Source: Chara braunii
Taxonomy: Eukaryota > Plantae > Charophyceae
Direction of reading: 5' to 3'
Assembly (NCBI GenBank): GCA_003427395.1
Contig: BFEA01000030.1
Span: 2,779,728 to 2,843,727, forward strand
DNA: 64,000 nt
The notes beneath the pieces are model-generated. The model had not been told where the DNA came from. It made no database searches and saw nothing but the letters and a program-made list of their open reading frames with translations. A program made the translations under genes and the position numbers. This document shows positions 1-10,648 of this stretch, one piece after another (within the stretch, counting starts at the first letter, position 1; every line of letters begins with the position of its first letter).

Positions 1-410
1 CCACCATAGCCGACCACCCCCAACCCTTCTTCCACCTCCATCACCTACACCCATCCACCATAGCCGTCCACCCCCGACCCTTCTTCCACCTCCCTCACCT
101 ACACCCATCCACCATAGCCGACCACCCGAAGCCCTTCTTCCACCTGCATCGCCTACACCCATCCACCATAGCCGACCAACCCCAACCCTTCTTCCACCTC
201 CATCACCTACACCCATCCACCATAGCCGACCACTCCCAACCCTTCTTCCACCTCCATCACCTACACCCACCCACCATAGCCGACCACCCCCAACACTTCT
301 TCCACCTCTATCACCCACACCCATCCACCATAGCCGACCACCCCCAACCCTTCTTCCACCTCCATCACCTACACACTTCCACCATAACCGATCGCCCCGA
401 CCCTTCTTCC
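1..410. repeat. Tandem minisatellite, ~54-bp unit, ~7.5 copies
   Basis: Unit ccaccatagccgaccacccccaacccttcttccacctccatcacctacacccat repeats head-to-tail from base 1. Confidence 0.95.
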
Positions 411-1759
411 CTATCGTCTCCTTCACCCACTCGAAAGTCATGAGGATCGCAAGGGGGGTACACGGGATTCTGGGTAGAGGAAGGTCAAGGGGGGCAAGGT
501 CGATTAGGATGTGAAACTTCTTGATCCCTCTCTCTCTCTCTTTCTCTCTCCCTCCCTCCCCCCATCTCTCTTTCTCCTCCCCCTTTCCTTCGAAATCTCT
601 AACCCTTTCCCTTTCCCTCACTCCTTCCTCTCTGTGGCATATGACTAACCTCAACCCTCGCCTGTTACATTGCTAGGGGACGAACGGAAAAGGAACTTGG
701 TCCTCACTTGGTCGAAAGCGAGGGCAAGGGGAGGGCTGCCGGTCCCTTGTGCCACCAGGAAGGAAAGGATACCAGACTGTTGGGAAAATCTGTGAAAGCG
801 GGAAGAAGTGTTGTTTGTGTGACAAGGTAAGTTTGACTCAACCATCTTCCCCGATTGCATGACTAAGGTGAAGGCATGGTTTGCTTGGGGAAAGAGAAAG
901 ACAACCAAAGGATCATCGAAGGCAAAGGAAACTTAGACTTGTGGGAAGGGGCGGTGTGTTGACCCCAATGAGTATTGTATCTGGACAGTGCTTTGTGCGG
1001 TGTTGAGCAGGTGAGTAGCTTGGGAGGGGATTTGAGCGCGACCAAATCCGCCGGAAAACCGACAAGGGAAGGACTTGAGCTTTGCGTGGACTGTGGACGT
1101 GGGAAGGATTTGGGTTTTGCGTGAACTTTGGATGTGGGAAGGACTTGATGGTTGAGAGTCTGAGTGCGCGATAGACCATAGGATGTGACATTGTATGATG
1201 ATTGAATGCAATGGCTACCTTGACTGCAATGAGAGCCCGAAAAGACTAAGGGCATCTATGGTTGATGTGAATGTTGTGCCGATGCCTTAAGCAAAAAAAT
1301 ACAGGGGCTAGGGGCATGGACGGCGCGACCGCCCCCCGATGATGCCGTAGGAATTGCCATGCTTAGTGAAATGGTGTATGGCCCAATGAATGACGCTTGG
1401 CCTACACACGAAAAGAGTATGAACTCTCAATGAACTCCCTGGACGGCCTGCGCATTGGAAGGAGCAATTGCCTGGTCAGACTCAAATGAGTCAAAAAAAC
1501 GCCACGAGTGATCAAAGAGCTACCATCTAGGCGCGAGAGCGGAGCTACAACCCCCAACGTAAAGCCCTCTCGCAAAAGGCCCATCCCCATCTATCTCATA
1601 GCACTTGGTGGGGGTGCCCTAGGGACAAACGACCCGCAACCTGAGCGTGAGCGTGGGCGGGTCGAGCCAAGTGGGACCCGCAGTGGGGTCGACCAAGGCT
1701 CGAAAGTCCTTTAGGGTACGGCCCCTACAACGTTCTGATTTTTTCTTTATAAAGGGCAT

Positions 1760-2083
1760 CCATTGGGGTCTATCTTTCTAGGGCACGTGTGAAATCGTAT
1801 GGATCCGGGTAGGCTTAGCGTACCTTGGGTCGATCCTCCCTCTTTCCGAGTCATCAAAGGCAATGGCCTTATCGCAACCCCTTAGGGTCATTGCTACGAA
1901 CTCCTTCTCTTTCTTCATGAGGTTTTCATCCCCTATATCCATCTTGGCCAACCTATTGGCCGTAATTCTTTGTCCCTCGGTCTCTTTCCTCCTTCGGATG
2001 ATATCGGCAATCTCCTCCCTCGATATCGAAGTTTCCCCCGTTCTATCCCGGCTAACCACGGCAGGCTTCACTTTTTCCGCCAT
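1760..2083 (-). pseudogene. pol fragment: region preceding and starting the RT domain
   Basis: AIAFDDSERGRIDPRYAKPTRIHTISHVP*KDRPQW resembles the Gypsy pre-RT 'I.T..H.PW' segment. W is replaced by TAG at 1778-1780 and similarity is lost below ~1760. Confidence 0.7.
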
Positions 2084-2109
2084 GGTTTTATGCTTCTTGA
2101 TTCCGCCGG

Positions 2110-3462
2110 CTAGGGGGATTCCTCCAAAAAAGACAGTCTCACGTATCCACCGAACTCCTCCTCCTCGTCCTCCTTCCCGTACCCTATCCCGTTGATTACA
2201 ACCCTGTCTCCGACATCCTCGACCTCTAACCGGTCACCCGGGGGTTCCCTACCTGAAAGGAGTGTCTCTTCCAGACGGATTTGACATACCCTCGACTGTG
2301 CCCCCTTCCGTCTAGGAATGTTGGTCCGGTTCCGCTCATCTTGCGTGTCCATAGTCCTTAGGACCACCCGGATTCCATCCGGACTTTGGATTGAGAGGGT
2401 CTGACTTCCATCATGTAGGTCAACCATGGTAGCGTAAACCGCGCTTAGCCAGGTTCTACCGAGGATCAACTCGGAGGAACACTCTTTTACCGAAAATATT
2501 GGGACCGAGGCCTCAACGTTTGCGATCTCGATCACGGGGTTGTGACACCCCCCCTCTGCCGGTTGTAGCTTGTTATCTGCTACAACCATTGACATTGACA
2601 CCACTCTATCTATTTCCAATCCTAACTCCCGGGCAATGGAGTCCCTACATACCGTGGATTCGGACCCATTGTCCACCAGAGCCCTCATCTTCTTCCCACT
2701 CACCACCGCTTGGAGTTGGCCGCTCCCTAATACATAGAACTTTTTTGCCTCCTCTCCCGAGAAGAAGTTAGCATGCATCTCCTCCATGGTGATTCGGGAG
2801 GACTGCACTTCTTCCTTGGCTGGACCATCCCCCGGTACCGTGGGTCCTCCAGCGAGCGGTACTCTCACTTTCTTCGTGATGCTTAGGAGTTCTTCCCTAG
2901 CGCTTTTGCTGGCCGCTAAGTATTCCAGAAGCGTGCACTGCATAGGCTGCATCAGGGTCCTCCGTAGGGGAGCTACCATGTCTATCTCATCCAAGGTGCA
3001 TTTCATTTCGAACTTTTTTGCCCCCCTCTTCCTAGGCGATTTGGGTGAAGCGGGCTCCTCCTTTCTTTCCTCCGCACCTTTGGCATCGGTCATCGGTTGG
3101 TCATCGTCACCGCTCCTTCTTCCTCCATCTTCCGCCACGCTCTCTTCGCTTTTAAACGTCTCTGCCCCAACCTGGGTTCTTACCCTTAGGCAAGGCCCCT
3201 CCTCTTCGGGCCGGGTCTCAACAAACTTGATGCTGGACACTTGGGGTTCCCTAATGGACACGCCTCCTGATGATCCTGTCATTTGGACATGGGAAGAGTT
3301 GGAGGTACCCCCAATCTCAGGCTTCTTCCCCAACCTCGCCTCTTGGAGGGCTATCCTCTTGTCCACATTCACCTTCATTGAGGGATAGAAGGAGACTGCT
3401 TCCCCATCATCCCCCCAAACTACCCACTTATTTTCGTTTAATTTCACCACCCCTAACCTCAA
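2110..3462 (-). CDS. gag-pol region with retropepsin-type aspartic protease
   Basis: Catalytic motif ALVDNGSESTV, followed by IARELGL and LILGRTWL. Confidence 0.9.
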   Translation of the reverse strand: MRLGVVKLNENKWVVWGDDGEAVSFYPSMKVNVDKRIALQEARLGKKPEIGGTSNSSHVQMTGSSGGVSIREPQVSSIKFVETRPEEEGPCLRVRTQVGAETFKSEESVAEDGGRRSGDDDQPMTDAKGAEERKEEPASPKSPRKRGAKKFEMKCTLDEIDMVAPLRRTLMQPMQCTLLEYLAASKSAREELLSITKKVRVPLAGGPTVPGDGPAKEEVQSSRITMEEMHANFFSGEEAKKFYVLGSGQLQAVVSGKKMRALVDNGSESTVCRDSIARELGLEIDRVVSMSMVVADNKLQPAEGGCHNPVIEIANVEASVPIFSVKECSSELILGRTWLSAVYATMVDLHDGSQTLSIQSPDGIRVVLRTMDTQDERNRTNIPRRKGAQSRVCQIRLEETLLSGREPPGDRLEVEDVGDRVVINGIGYGKEDEEEEFGGYVRLSFLEESP

Positions 3463-3474
3463 GGCTTCCGTAAG

Positions 3475-5237
3475 GTAAGGGCATTCTCGTTTGATATGAC
3501 CCTCCTCATTACAGTAGATACACCCGCTTCGAGTCGGCGGGTTGTTAGGGCGGGGCGCGACTTGCGGTGGCGTTCCCGTCGCCGCGGGAGACCCAGGAAG
3601 CGGTGGCGTTCAAGTCTGACTCACCTCCGGTCGAGCACCCATGGCCCTAGGTTGGGGAGGGTCTCCCCACCTTCCATCCCTTGCATCTTTCCACCGGTAT
3701 CTTCCCCATTCCGAGGCCCGATTATCTCTGGCATCTCTATCGGCCCTCCAACTCACTTGATTGTCGGGCTCGTTCCGCCAACCCGGGGGTCCTCCTCCCA
3801 AGCGCTGGGCGGGAGGCCCCAGAGGCTGCCTCTCGCTACTACTAGATTCGTTGCTCTTTTGGGAGCGCATACTCCAGAGTGCCATGTCTAGACTCTCCTT
3901 CATATATTCTCGTACGTCTACACCTCCTCAGGTGAAGACTACTTCGGCGACCCTCTCAAAATTAGCGGAGTCCCTAGGGGCTTTTTCGAGGACCTCCTTC
4001 CGCTTCTCCTCAGGCAGGTGCAACATGAACATCACGCACTTGTCGACTTCCGAAAGCATCCCTCTATCCACCAAGGCCTGGGACAAGCGTTTGAACCTCC
4101 GAGTAAAAGCCACCAGGCTTTCTTGTTCTCCTCTCGTCACCCGACGCAGCCGCTCTATCTGGGGATCATGTCGTCACACGCAAAGATCCTCAGTAGGCTG
4201 CTTTTGAAGGTCTTCCACCTTCCATCAGACGGGTATAAAGCCCTGATGGCCTGGTCCAGCTCCGGGTCCGAATGTTGTATGAAGTGGTCGATCCACTCTT
4301 TTTCCGAAAACTTTTTCCGGTAGGTGTAACTCTCTCACTTTTCCACGAATCCGGTCACATCCCTTCCGTTAAAGTAGAGCGGCTCTAGCCCCAAGTTTAC
4401 ATCGTAGTACGGGACTCGGCGATCGTCATATCGACAGAAGTAAGGTCCGTCTGCCGGCCCGTCTAGTGCTGGATCATAAGGTTTGTACCAGGACGGGTCC
4501 AAATCCTCCATCCGGGGTCGATATTTCGGAGGTCCCCACGGTTCTCCCTCCCTGCGACCCCCATAACCCGGTTCCTCTCGTTCCCAGTGCATGGCCTCCG
4601 GGGCCCTAGCCCCTCTCCAGATATCTCCGGGTCCTCCCATATTTCTGCCTACCGTCTCTTCTCGTACCCAAGCGGGACCGACCTCACTGCTTGCCCATAT
4701 TCGCAGTCCTCCCCCAATTTCGGTTGGCCGTCCGTCCCCAAGTTCTCTCCTCCTCGGGCCACCTTCCTCGCTCCTCCTTGGTGCCCAACACCCAGTCCTG
4801 TCATGAGGGCACTCTTGTGCCTCGCCGATTCTCTCTTCCACGTGGTCCGTCCATCGGGTTTCGACAGGGAAGCCCCTTGTGGCTTCGGCCACCCTTTCTC
4901 TCATAGGGACACGTGGTTCCACCTCCCGGTGCAAATGCTCATTCGAGCTTGCGCGTGGTTTCGTAGCTTCCTCCCCGATGGGTTCTTCCTGGCTTCTTAG
5001 GGCCCTGCCCATAGCCTCTACCCCTTCGGCCGTCTTGCTCAACCTCGCCCCTAATTCGGCGTCTTTCTCGGCTCGCCCTATAGCGGCGGTCCTTGGAGAT
5101 TGGGCTACCCCTTGTTCCATCAAACTTTCCATGCACCAGTTCTCAGTCGCTCTCCTCACTAGAGTCACTCCCTTGGCTGGTCGTTCCACTACTCTCCTCC
5201 GAGCCTCTTCCTTCTTTACTCGATCCTGGGGTCTCAC
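3475..5237 (-). pseudogene. Gag (capsid plus CCHC zinc knuckle), disrupted
   Basis: FNGRDVTGFVE gag N-terminal motif; ESLVAFTRRFKRLS resembling the major homology region (3928-4140); CIYCNEEGHIKREC knuckle at ~3480-3522; internal stops and frameshifts. Confidence 0.85.
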
Positions 5238-5999
5238 TATCGCCTTCGGACTCCTCGCTAGTCACCGCCCACCAAGAGTCCCGCAGTTTCTTCTCCTCGC
5301 TAGAGGTCAGCGCAAGATTGGCAATCTCCAGGTCCGAGATGCCCCTAATCCCTTCCTGCTTGCACCGCCTAATCAGGTCTCTATCCACCTCGCCGGCCTG
5401 TCCGGAGAACAGGGGTCTGATGAAATCTCCTACCAAAGCCCACCACTTGAAATCCGTGAGCCCTAGGGACTCCCAACACAGGGTGAACAACTCGTGCCCC
5501 TTTTCTTCCCCCAGGGGGAATTTTTCAATCACCGGTCCTCTAATTTGGACTCTTCTCACCGCTGCGTCGTCGGGGTAGAGCAATCGGTAGATCCAAGCAG
5601 GGATCTCCTAGGTCCAGCCGTGGGCTGCCCGCGGGATTTCTAACCGCCCTCGGTATTCAATTTTTTCTATCTCTTGCCTTCCAGCCTCTCCCCTTCTCAA
5701 CCTTCTAAGTCGGTCTCGGGTTTTCTCTGCTATACTTAAAGGATTCTTCCCTTCCGCCAATTCCGTGGCAAAGAATTGCCTGTCGTCGGGAGACAAATAG
5801 ATCTCCGCTCTTCGCATGCGGGTACCGTCCTGCGAGACTATCGAGAAACGGACCAGTGTTGCTTGCCCGTATATTTCGAAGAATTCCGCGGTGACCTCCC
5901 CTTCTTCCTCAATTTTAGGGAGGGTCACTCCATACCTAGATCCCGTCTTCCAGGCCCGTTCCACGGTTCCAATAGGGTCCCCCTATCGTACCTAATCAT
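5143..5999 (-). pseudogene. Accessory ORF, family B (divergent copy, disrupted)
   Basis: AEIYLS...IEYRGRLEIPRA...ELFTLCW matches the family-B motifs seen in the 6883-9574 ORFs. Confidence 0.5.
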
Positions 6000-6007
6000 C
6001 GGCCGGC

Positions 6008-6555
6008 TCACCTCACCCGAGCCAACCTCTCCGCTGCCTCTACGAGCGCGTCCTCACACCTCCCTCGAGAGCCTTCGCCTTGCTCGAGAATCGTCTGATG
6101 CAACGCCCGCTCGTATTCACCCGACCTATCCCAGAAGCGCTCTACTAGGTGCACCCTGGCCTCGAGAGGGTTTCCAAGCCACCTAGAGTCCTCCTTAAAC
6201 CTTCCCTCGACCTCTGACAGGGGTTCACCCTGGCCTCGAGAGGGTTTCCAAGCCACCTAGAGTCCTCCTTAAACCTTCCCCCGACCTCTGACAGGGGTTC
6301 TCGCCACGTTCTAGTGAACCGTACTCCTCTCACCCCCCTAACAGTGATCGAAAACCTTGGTAGGGTGGTCCTGGACCTCCTTTTCCACAAGGCCAGTCGC
6401 CGGACCTCGACGAGGAAGCTCTTTTTGGCCCTAATCACTTGGTCTTCCCCAAGGCCTGGGCTAAGTTCCGCTACCCCCACTATCCCAACTTCGGGCCCGT
6501 CGTCCCTTGTCTCTAACTCCCTGTTTATCGCGCTCGAGGTATAGGTGGCTCTCAT
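6008..6555 (-). CDS. Accessory ORF of unknown function, frameshifted by an internal ~73-bp duplication
   Basis: Starts at an ATGA overlap (6552-6555). Duplicated segment ~6154-6300 encodes EPLSEV.GRFKEDSRWLGNPLEARV twice. Confidence 0.5.
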
Positions 6556-6752
6556 GCCTCCCCACCTCCGGAGAGTAGCTCCTCTTTTAAGTCATTTAGT
6601 ACCTCAACCACTGCAGACTCTAACAATTTGATCCTCCGTAAGGCTCCTGGCCTCGCCCTCCTTTCCTCTTCCCAACAAAGGGCTAATACCTGGTATAATT
6701 CTGCCCTAACCCTCTCTAAGCCCACTAGTTCATCGCCGTCGGGCTCCCTCAT
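6552..6752 (-). CDS. Small helical accessory ORF (66 aa)
   Basis: Bounded at both ends by GAGGCATGAG stop/start overlaps; amphipathic helical sequence. Confidence 0.55.
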   Translation of the reverse strand: MREPDGDELVGLERVRAELYQVLALCWEEERRARPGALRRIKLLESAVVEVLNDLKEELLSGGGEA

Positions 6753-6882
6753 GCCTCAAATTCCTCCGTCGGCACGCTACAGCTATCCGTATGAGATCCG
6801 ATGGGTGCAACCCTTCTACCCCTGCCTCACAGATTTTGCCTAGGTATCTCCAGGTGACGGTCGAGACCCTGACGTGTTGGCC

Positions 6883-7416
6883 CTAGCCCTCAAAGGCGTA
6901 GTCCAGTCCTTCTAGTGAGGACCAATTATCCTCGTACGAACTCTGTAGGCACCAGGTCAATAGGGAATGCAGGTCCGACCTTGTGAACCGAAATTGGCGC
7001 AGGATCGCTATCCTACGTCCTACCACCTTCTGAACTGCTTTCGAGGGATAAACCCGCTCGAGAATAAATCGAGGGACCCTGATGGGGTCACTGTCGAAAA
7101 ACCTAGGTATCTCTTCCCAACCCGCGTAGGTTACACGGTAGACCCTAGGGCATTCTTCTCGAGGACTCGCTTTTTCCACAAGCCTTTCTAAACGCTCTTG
7201 GACCGCCGGCGCGTTGCGAACCACCTCCAGAAACCCTTCCTTAGAAAGGAATACTGTAGCTTCTCCAACTACCAACCCCTCTCCGCTGCTCACTGTCGTC
7301 CGGACGAATGTTCTCCCTCGGAGTATCTCCGCTACCTCCTTCAAGATGGCCCTCGTCGGATCCCTCCGACTTTCCTTGGGCAAGGAGACCTGGACAACTT
7401 CTCCTTCCTCACTCAT
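6883..7416 (-). CDS. Accessory ORF, family B
   Basis: EATVFLSKEG...VTYAGWEEIPR...VPRFILER...LHSLLTWC. Confidence 0.6.
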   Translation of the reverse strand: MSEEGEVVQVSLPKESRRDPTRAILKEVAEILRGRTFVRTTVSSGEGLVVGEATVFLSKEGFLEVVRNAPAVQERLERLVEKASPREECPRVYRVTYAGWEEIPRFFDSDPIRVPRFILERVYPSKAVQKVVGRRIAILRQFRFTRSDLHSLLTWCLQSSYEDNWSSLEGLDYAFEG

Positions 7417-7457
7417 AGGTTATATCGAAGCCCAAAGAGTCTCGGGGATCCCACTTA

Positions 7458-8190
7458 TCATCGGGCCTCGTACCCCCGCCGGTTTGCCACCTGCTCTTCC
7501 CCGAAGAGGCGGGTGTACGGGACGTCAGCGACGTGAGCTCTGATCCTCTCAAACCCTCTCAATCTTCCGAATATAGCGGATAACTCCCCTCTTGGGGGAA
7601 TCCCAGCGTCCGCGCACCGTGTGTAGAGCCAGAACAATCCCCTAGTCTGCAATCCGGACTCCCGAGCTGCTCTAAGTACCGCCACTACTCTTTCCTCTGG
7701 GTCTCTTAAGAATGAATGAGTTTGTTAAGAATTGGGGTAAGCTCGCGTGGAGGACACCGGACGCACGAGGGACCTCGCCGGGTTTTGTGAAGGACACTTG
7801 TGACCACGACTCGAAAGTCCCTTCCTCGTAATCACCTAGCACCAGGCTCGTCGCTAACAGCCCCGCGGACTCACGGTACTCGGTATGGGTCTCTTGGCCT
7901 GTTACCAATCCTCTCCACACTTCTGTCCACGTCTTCTCGTTGAGGAAGATCGTAGCCCGAATCTCTAGGAAACGACCGAGGTCCGGCGGGCCTCCTCCTT
8001 GCACTTCTTCCTTCCAAGTGAGCCTGCGAGCTCGAACCCACACGTAGGCCCCTTCTCGGATGACTCCGCCTTTCTCAACGCTCATCCAGTAAGGAGTCAC
8101 GCGAGGGTCTCCCGGAATCAAGACTTTACCCGCGTCACTAGCCTCTATTGCCTCTACCACCCCGTTTTCACTGAGCACAAGTCTCACCAT
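7458..8190 (-). pseudogene. Accessory ORF, family B (frameshift at ~7680)
   Basis: GAYVWV...ATIFLNEKTW...FTKPGEVPRAS in 7672-8190, continuing GLQTRGLFWLYTRCADAGIPPRGELSAIFGRL in 7458-7685. Confidence 0.7.
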
Positions 8191-8855
8191 CTACCAACCC
8201 CATTTTGAAAACCTACCGGTGGTATTTTTCTGGTGAGAGGGTAAAGGGTTTTTTCTAGGGCCCCCAATCTCCTAAAAATACCCCAAAGCTTCCCGCGTGG
8301 AGGGATACCCTGATCGATGCAATGCGTGTACAGCGTCCACAGGGCTCCAAAGGGTAATCCCAAACTCCTTCCCCTCTCTAGGAGTCTCACCACTCTTCCC
8401 TCATTCTCTCTCTCGAACACAAAGTTTGGGACCCACACGGTCACAGGGTAACTTGCCCTTGGGAGTTCGCCTGCCCTAGCGAACCTCTCGGTTTCCAACG
8501 CCTCAAACTCAAATACCCTTCGGACCCTATCTATCCACCTCCTCCTGACTTCTCTAGCTTCCCTGATCAAAAAGTCCAGCCCACCCCCTTGGCCCAAGAC
8601 CAGGGGTACAATAATCTTCGACCAAGCCTCCGGCTTAACGAAGATCACCGAGGTGACTTTAAGCCGTACCTCAACCGCTTTTTCCTCAGCCTCTTCCGAT
8701 TCTATCCACACGAAATTACCTCCAGCCGTAATCTCCCCTCCTTCTAACCTTCTCCAATCGGGGATTCTTCCATTGCTCGGGACCAGGCTACACATCCCTC
8801 GTTCGTCTAGAGGAGACTCAACGAACCTACCGACGCCCCGGTCCAATAGAACCAT
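8184..8855 (-). CDS. Accessory ORF, family B
   Basis: GNFVWI...SVIFVKPEAW...FARAGELPRAS...VPNFVFER...GLPFGALWTLYTHCIDQGIPPRGKLWGIFRRL; ATG at 8855. Confidence 0.7.
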   Translation of the reverse strand: MVLLDRGVGRFVESPLDERGMCSLVPSNGRIPDWRRLEGGEITAGGNFVWIESEEAEEKAVEVRLKVTSVIFVKPEAWSKIIVPLVLGQGGGLDFLIREAREVRRRWIDRVRRVFEFEALETERFARAGELPRASYPVTVWVPNFVFERENEGRVVRLLERGRSLGLPFGALWTLYTHCIDQGIPPRGKLWGIFRRLGALEKTLYPLTRKIPPVGFQNGVGRW

Positions 8856-8860
8856 TCGTT

Positions 8861-9574
8861 CTACCCTTTGACGGACCCCAAACACCCTTTGGTATTGATA
8901 GTCCGTCCACCCTCACAGTCTATCTCCGACTTAAGAGAGATCCTCTCCCTGATCCGATCTGCCCTAACGCAGTAGGAATAGAACCAGTGGAGCGAGCGAA
9001 AGGACAGGCCCCTCCTTCTCTCTCGCCTAATAGACTTCACTACTTTTTCGTACTCAGTCCCTTCTCCACACACCCTCCTGAAGACGTAAGTAGGGAAGAT
9101 AGCCTGGACGCAACCCGCGGCTCGAGGATATTCCTCGTCCCGGGCGCAAGTTACCTGCAAGCGGAACGGTAGGCTATGCTGAAGGGGCACCTCCTTGAAG
9201 ATCCGCCTCAGGATAGGCCCCGCGCGTAACTCCCAGTGGTCCTCCCGATACCACCCTAAGGCCCAGTGGGTGACGTGCTCGACCCACGCCTCCCGACTTA
9301 GATAGACCGTGCCCTCGGCATGAACCGCCGCTCGCCGGGCCTTCCCCCTGTTCCTAGGTCTATTCCTAGTCCACTGATCTCCTTCCCAATTGCCCATTGC
9401 GAACCGTGCCCAGAGGAAGACCCCCTTCTCAAGTTTCACCCCTCTCCCGCGCCCCGCTAGGTATCTCTCAGTACGATGATGCAAAGGGACGCTAAAGCAT
9501 TCGCGATCTTTGAGAAGGTCCGCCTTCTCGATTTTCACTCTGCCGTTTTCCCCCGCTTCTACAATCCTAACCAC
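8861..9574 (-). CDS. Accessory ORF, family B
   Basis: GVFLWA...GTVYLSREAW...CARDEEYPRAA...FPTYVFRR...GLSFRSLHWFYSYC. Confidence 0.7.
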   Translation of the reverse strand: MVRIVEAGENGRVKIEKADLLKDRECFSVPLHHRTERYLAGRGRGVKLEKGVFLWARFAMGNWEGDQWTRNRPRNRGKARRAAVHAEGTVYLSREAWVEHVTHWALGWYREDHWELRAGPILRRIFKEVPLQHSLPFRLQVTCARDEEYPRAAGCVQAIFPTYVFRRVCGEGTEYEKVVKSIRRERRRGLSFRSLHWFYSYCVRADRIRERISLKSEIDCEGGRTINTKGCLGSVKG

Positions 9575-9939
9575 GCCCCTCCTGGCTTCGCACCACCTTC
9601 TTAACGATCTCTATCAATACCTTCCACTCGTCGGACCCGTCGAGGTAGGCCTCCGGTATGATCGGGGCCGGCTGCTCACCTCCTCGGTAGGTACGATAAC
9701 CTAGAATATAGAAATACCGGGTCTCGTAGGCCCCCAGGAGTTCCTTCTCCAATTGCGCGAGGCCCACAACCTCCTCCCAACTACTAAGAAAGCCGTCCTA
9801 GATCCGTTCCCTCTTCAACGTAGAGGGCGATGTCCCAATCCCCGGTCCACAGGAAGAACCCGTGGCACCATACGTCTACCCCCCCACAGTCACCCACGCT
9901 GATGCCCCCTGGCTCAAACTCAAAAACCCCTAAGCTCAT
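9567..9939 (-). pseudogene. Accessory ORF, family A copy 3 (frameshift at ~9785)
   Basis: MSLGVFEFEPGGISVGDCGGVDVWC...LWTGDWDIALYVEEG plus YFYILGYRTYRGGEQPAPIIPEAYLDGSDEW. Confidence 0.8.
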
Positions 9940-10298
9940 ATGTTCTCCACTAACTCCTCTATGATCGAGACTAGCACTCTCCACCCGTCTGACCCATCTA
10001 GATACGCTTCCGATATAACCGGGGCGGGTTGCTCCCCTCGTCGGAAGGTGCGGCACCTCAGAGTATAGAAATACCGGATCCCATACCCTCCTAAAAACTC
10101 CCTCTCTAGCTGTGCTTGGCCAACCGCTTCTTCCCAACTATTTAGGAAGGCTTCCCCACGGTCGGTCCCTTCTTCCACGTAAAGTGTTATATCGTAATCT
10201 CCTGTCCACAGGTAAAAGTTGTAGCACCACACGTTTACACCACCACCGCTGCCCACGCTAATGCCCGCTGGCTCAGACTCTAGGACCCCCAAACTCAT
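9936..10298 (-). CDS. Accessory ORF, family A copy 2 (~120 aa)
   Basis: MSLGVLESEPAGISVGSGGGVNVWC...LWTGDYDITLYVEEG...AYLDGSDGW; ATGA overlaps at both ends. Confidence 0.8.
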   Translation of the reverse strand: MSLGVLESEPAGISVGSGGGVNVWCYNFYLWTGDYDITLYVEEGTDRGEAFLNSWEEAVGQAQLEREFLGGYGIRYFYTLRCRTFRRGEQPAPVISEAYLDGSDGWRVLVSIIEELVENI

Positions 10299-10648
10299 AG
10301 GCGCCCCACTATCTCCTCTATAATCGCTACTAATATTCTCCACCCGTCAGACCCGTCGAGATAGGCGCCCGGAATCACCGGCGCAGGTCGGTCGCCCCTA
10401 GGATAAGTTCGATACCCTAAGGAGTAGAAGTAACTGAATCCGTACCCTCGCAGCTCACCTCTAGCCCCTCTGGAGTCGTTGACCACTGCCTCCCATCCGC
10501 GGAGGAAACTCTCTCCCTGGTCTCGCCCCTCTTCTACATAGAGGGCCACATCAAAGTCTCCCGTCCATAGGCGGAATGTATAGCACCACACGTCGACCCC
10601 ACCGTAGCTTCTTACGCTAATCCATTCTGGGACCGCTGCTAGGCTCAT
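10295..10648 (-). CDS. Accessory ORF, family A copy 1 (117 aa)
   Basis: MSLAAVPEWISVRSYGGVDVWC...LWTGDFDVALYVEEG...AYLDGSDGW. Confidence 0.8.
   Translation of the reverse strand: MSLAAVPEWISVRSYGGVDVWCYTFRLWTGDFDVALYVEEGRDQGESFLRGWEAVVNDSRGARGELRGYGFSYFYSLGYRTYPRGDRPAPVIPGAYLDGSDGWRILVAIIEEIVGRL

Noticed and set aside
651-1714. Short ORFs left of the Gypsy break
   Set aside because: No recognisable motifs or consistent frame.
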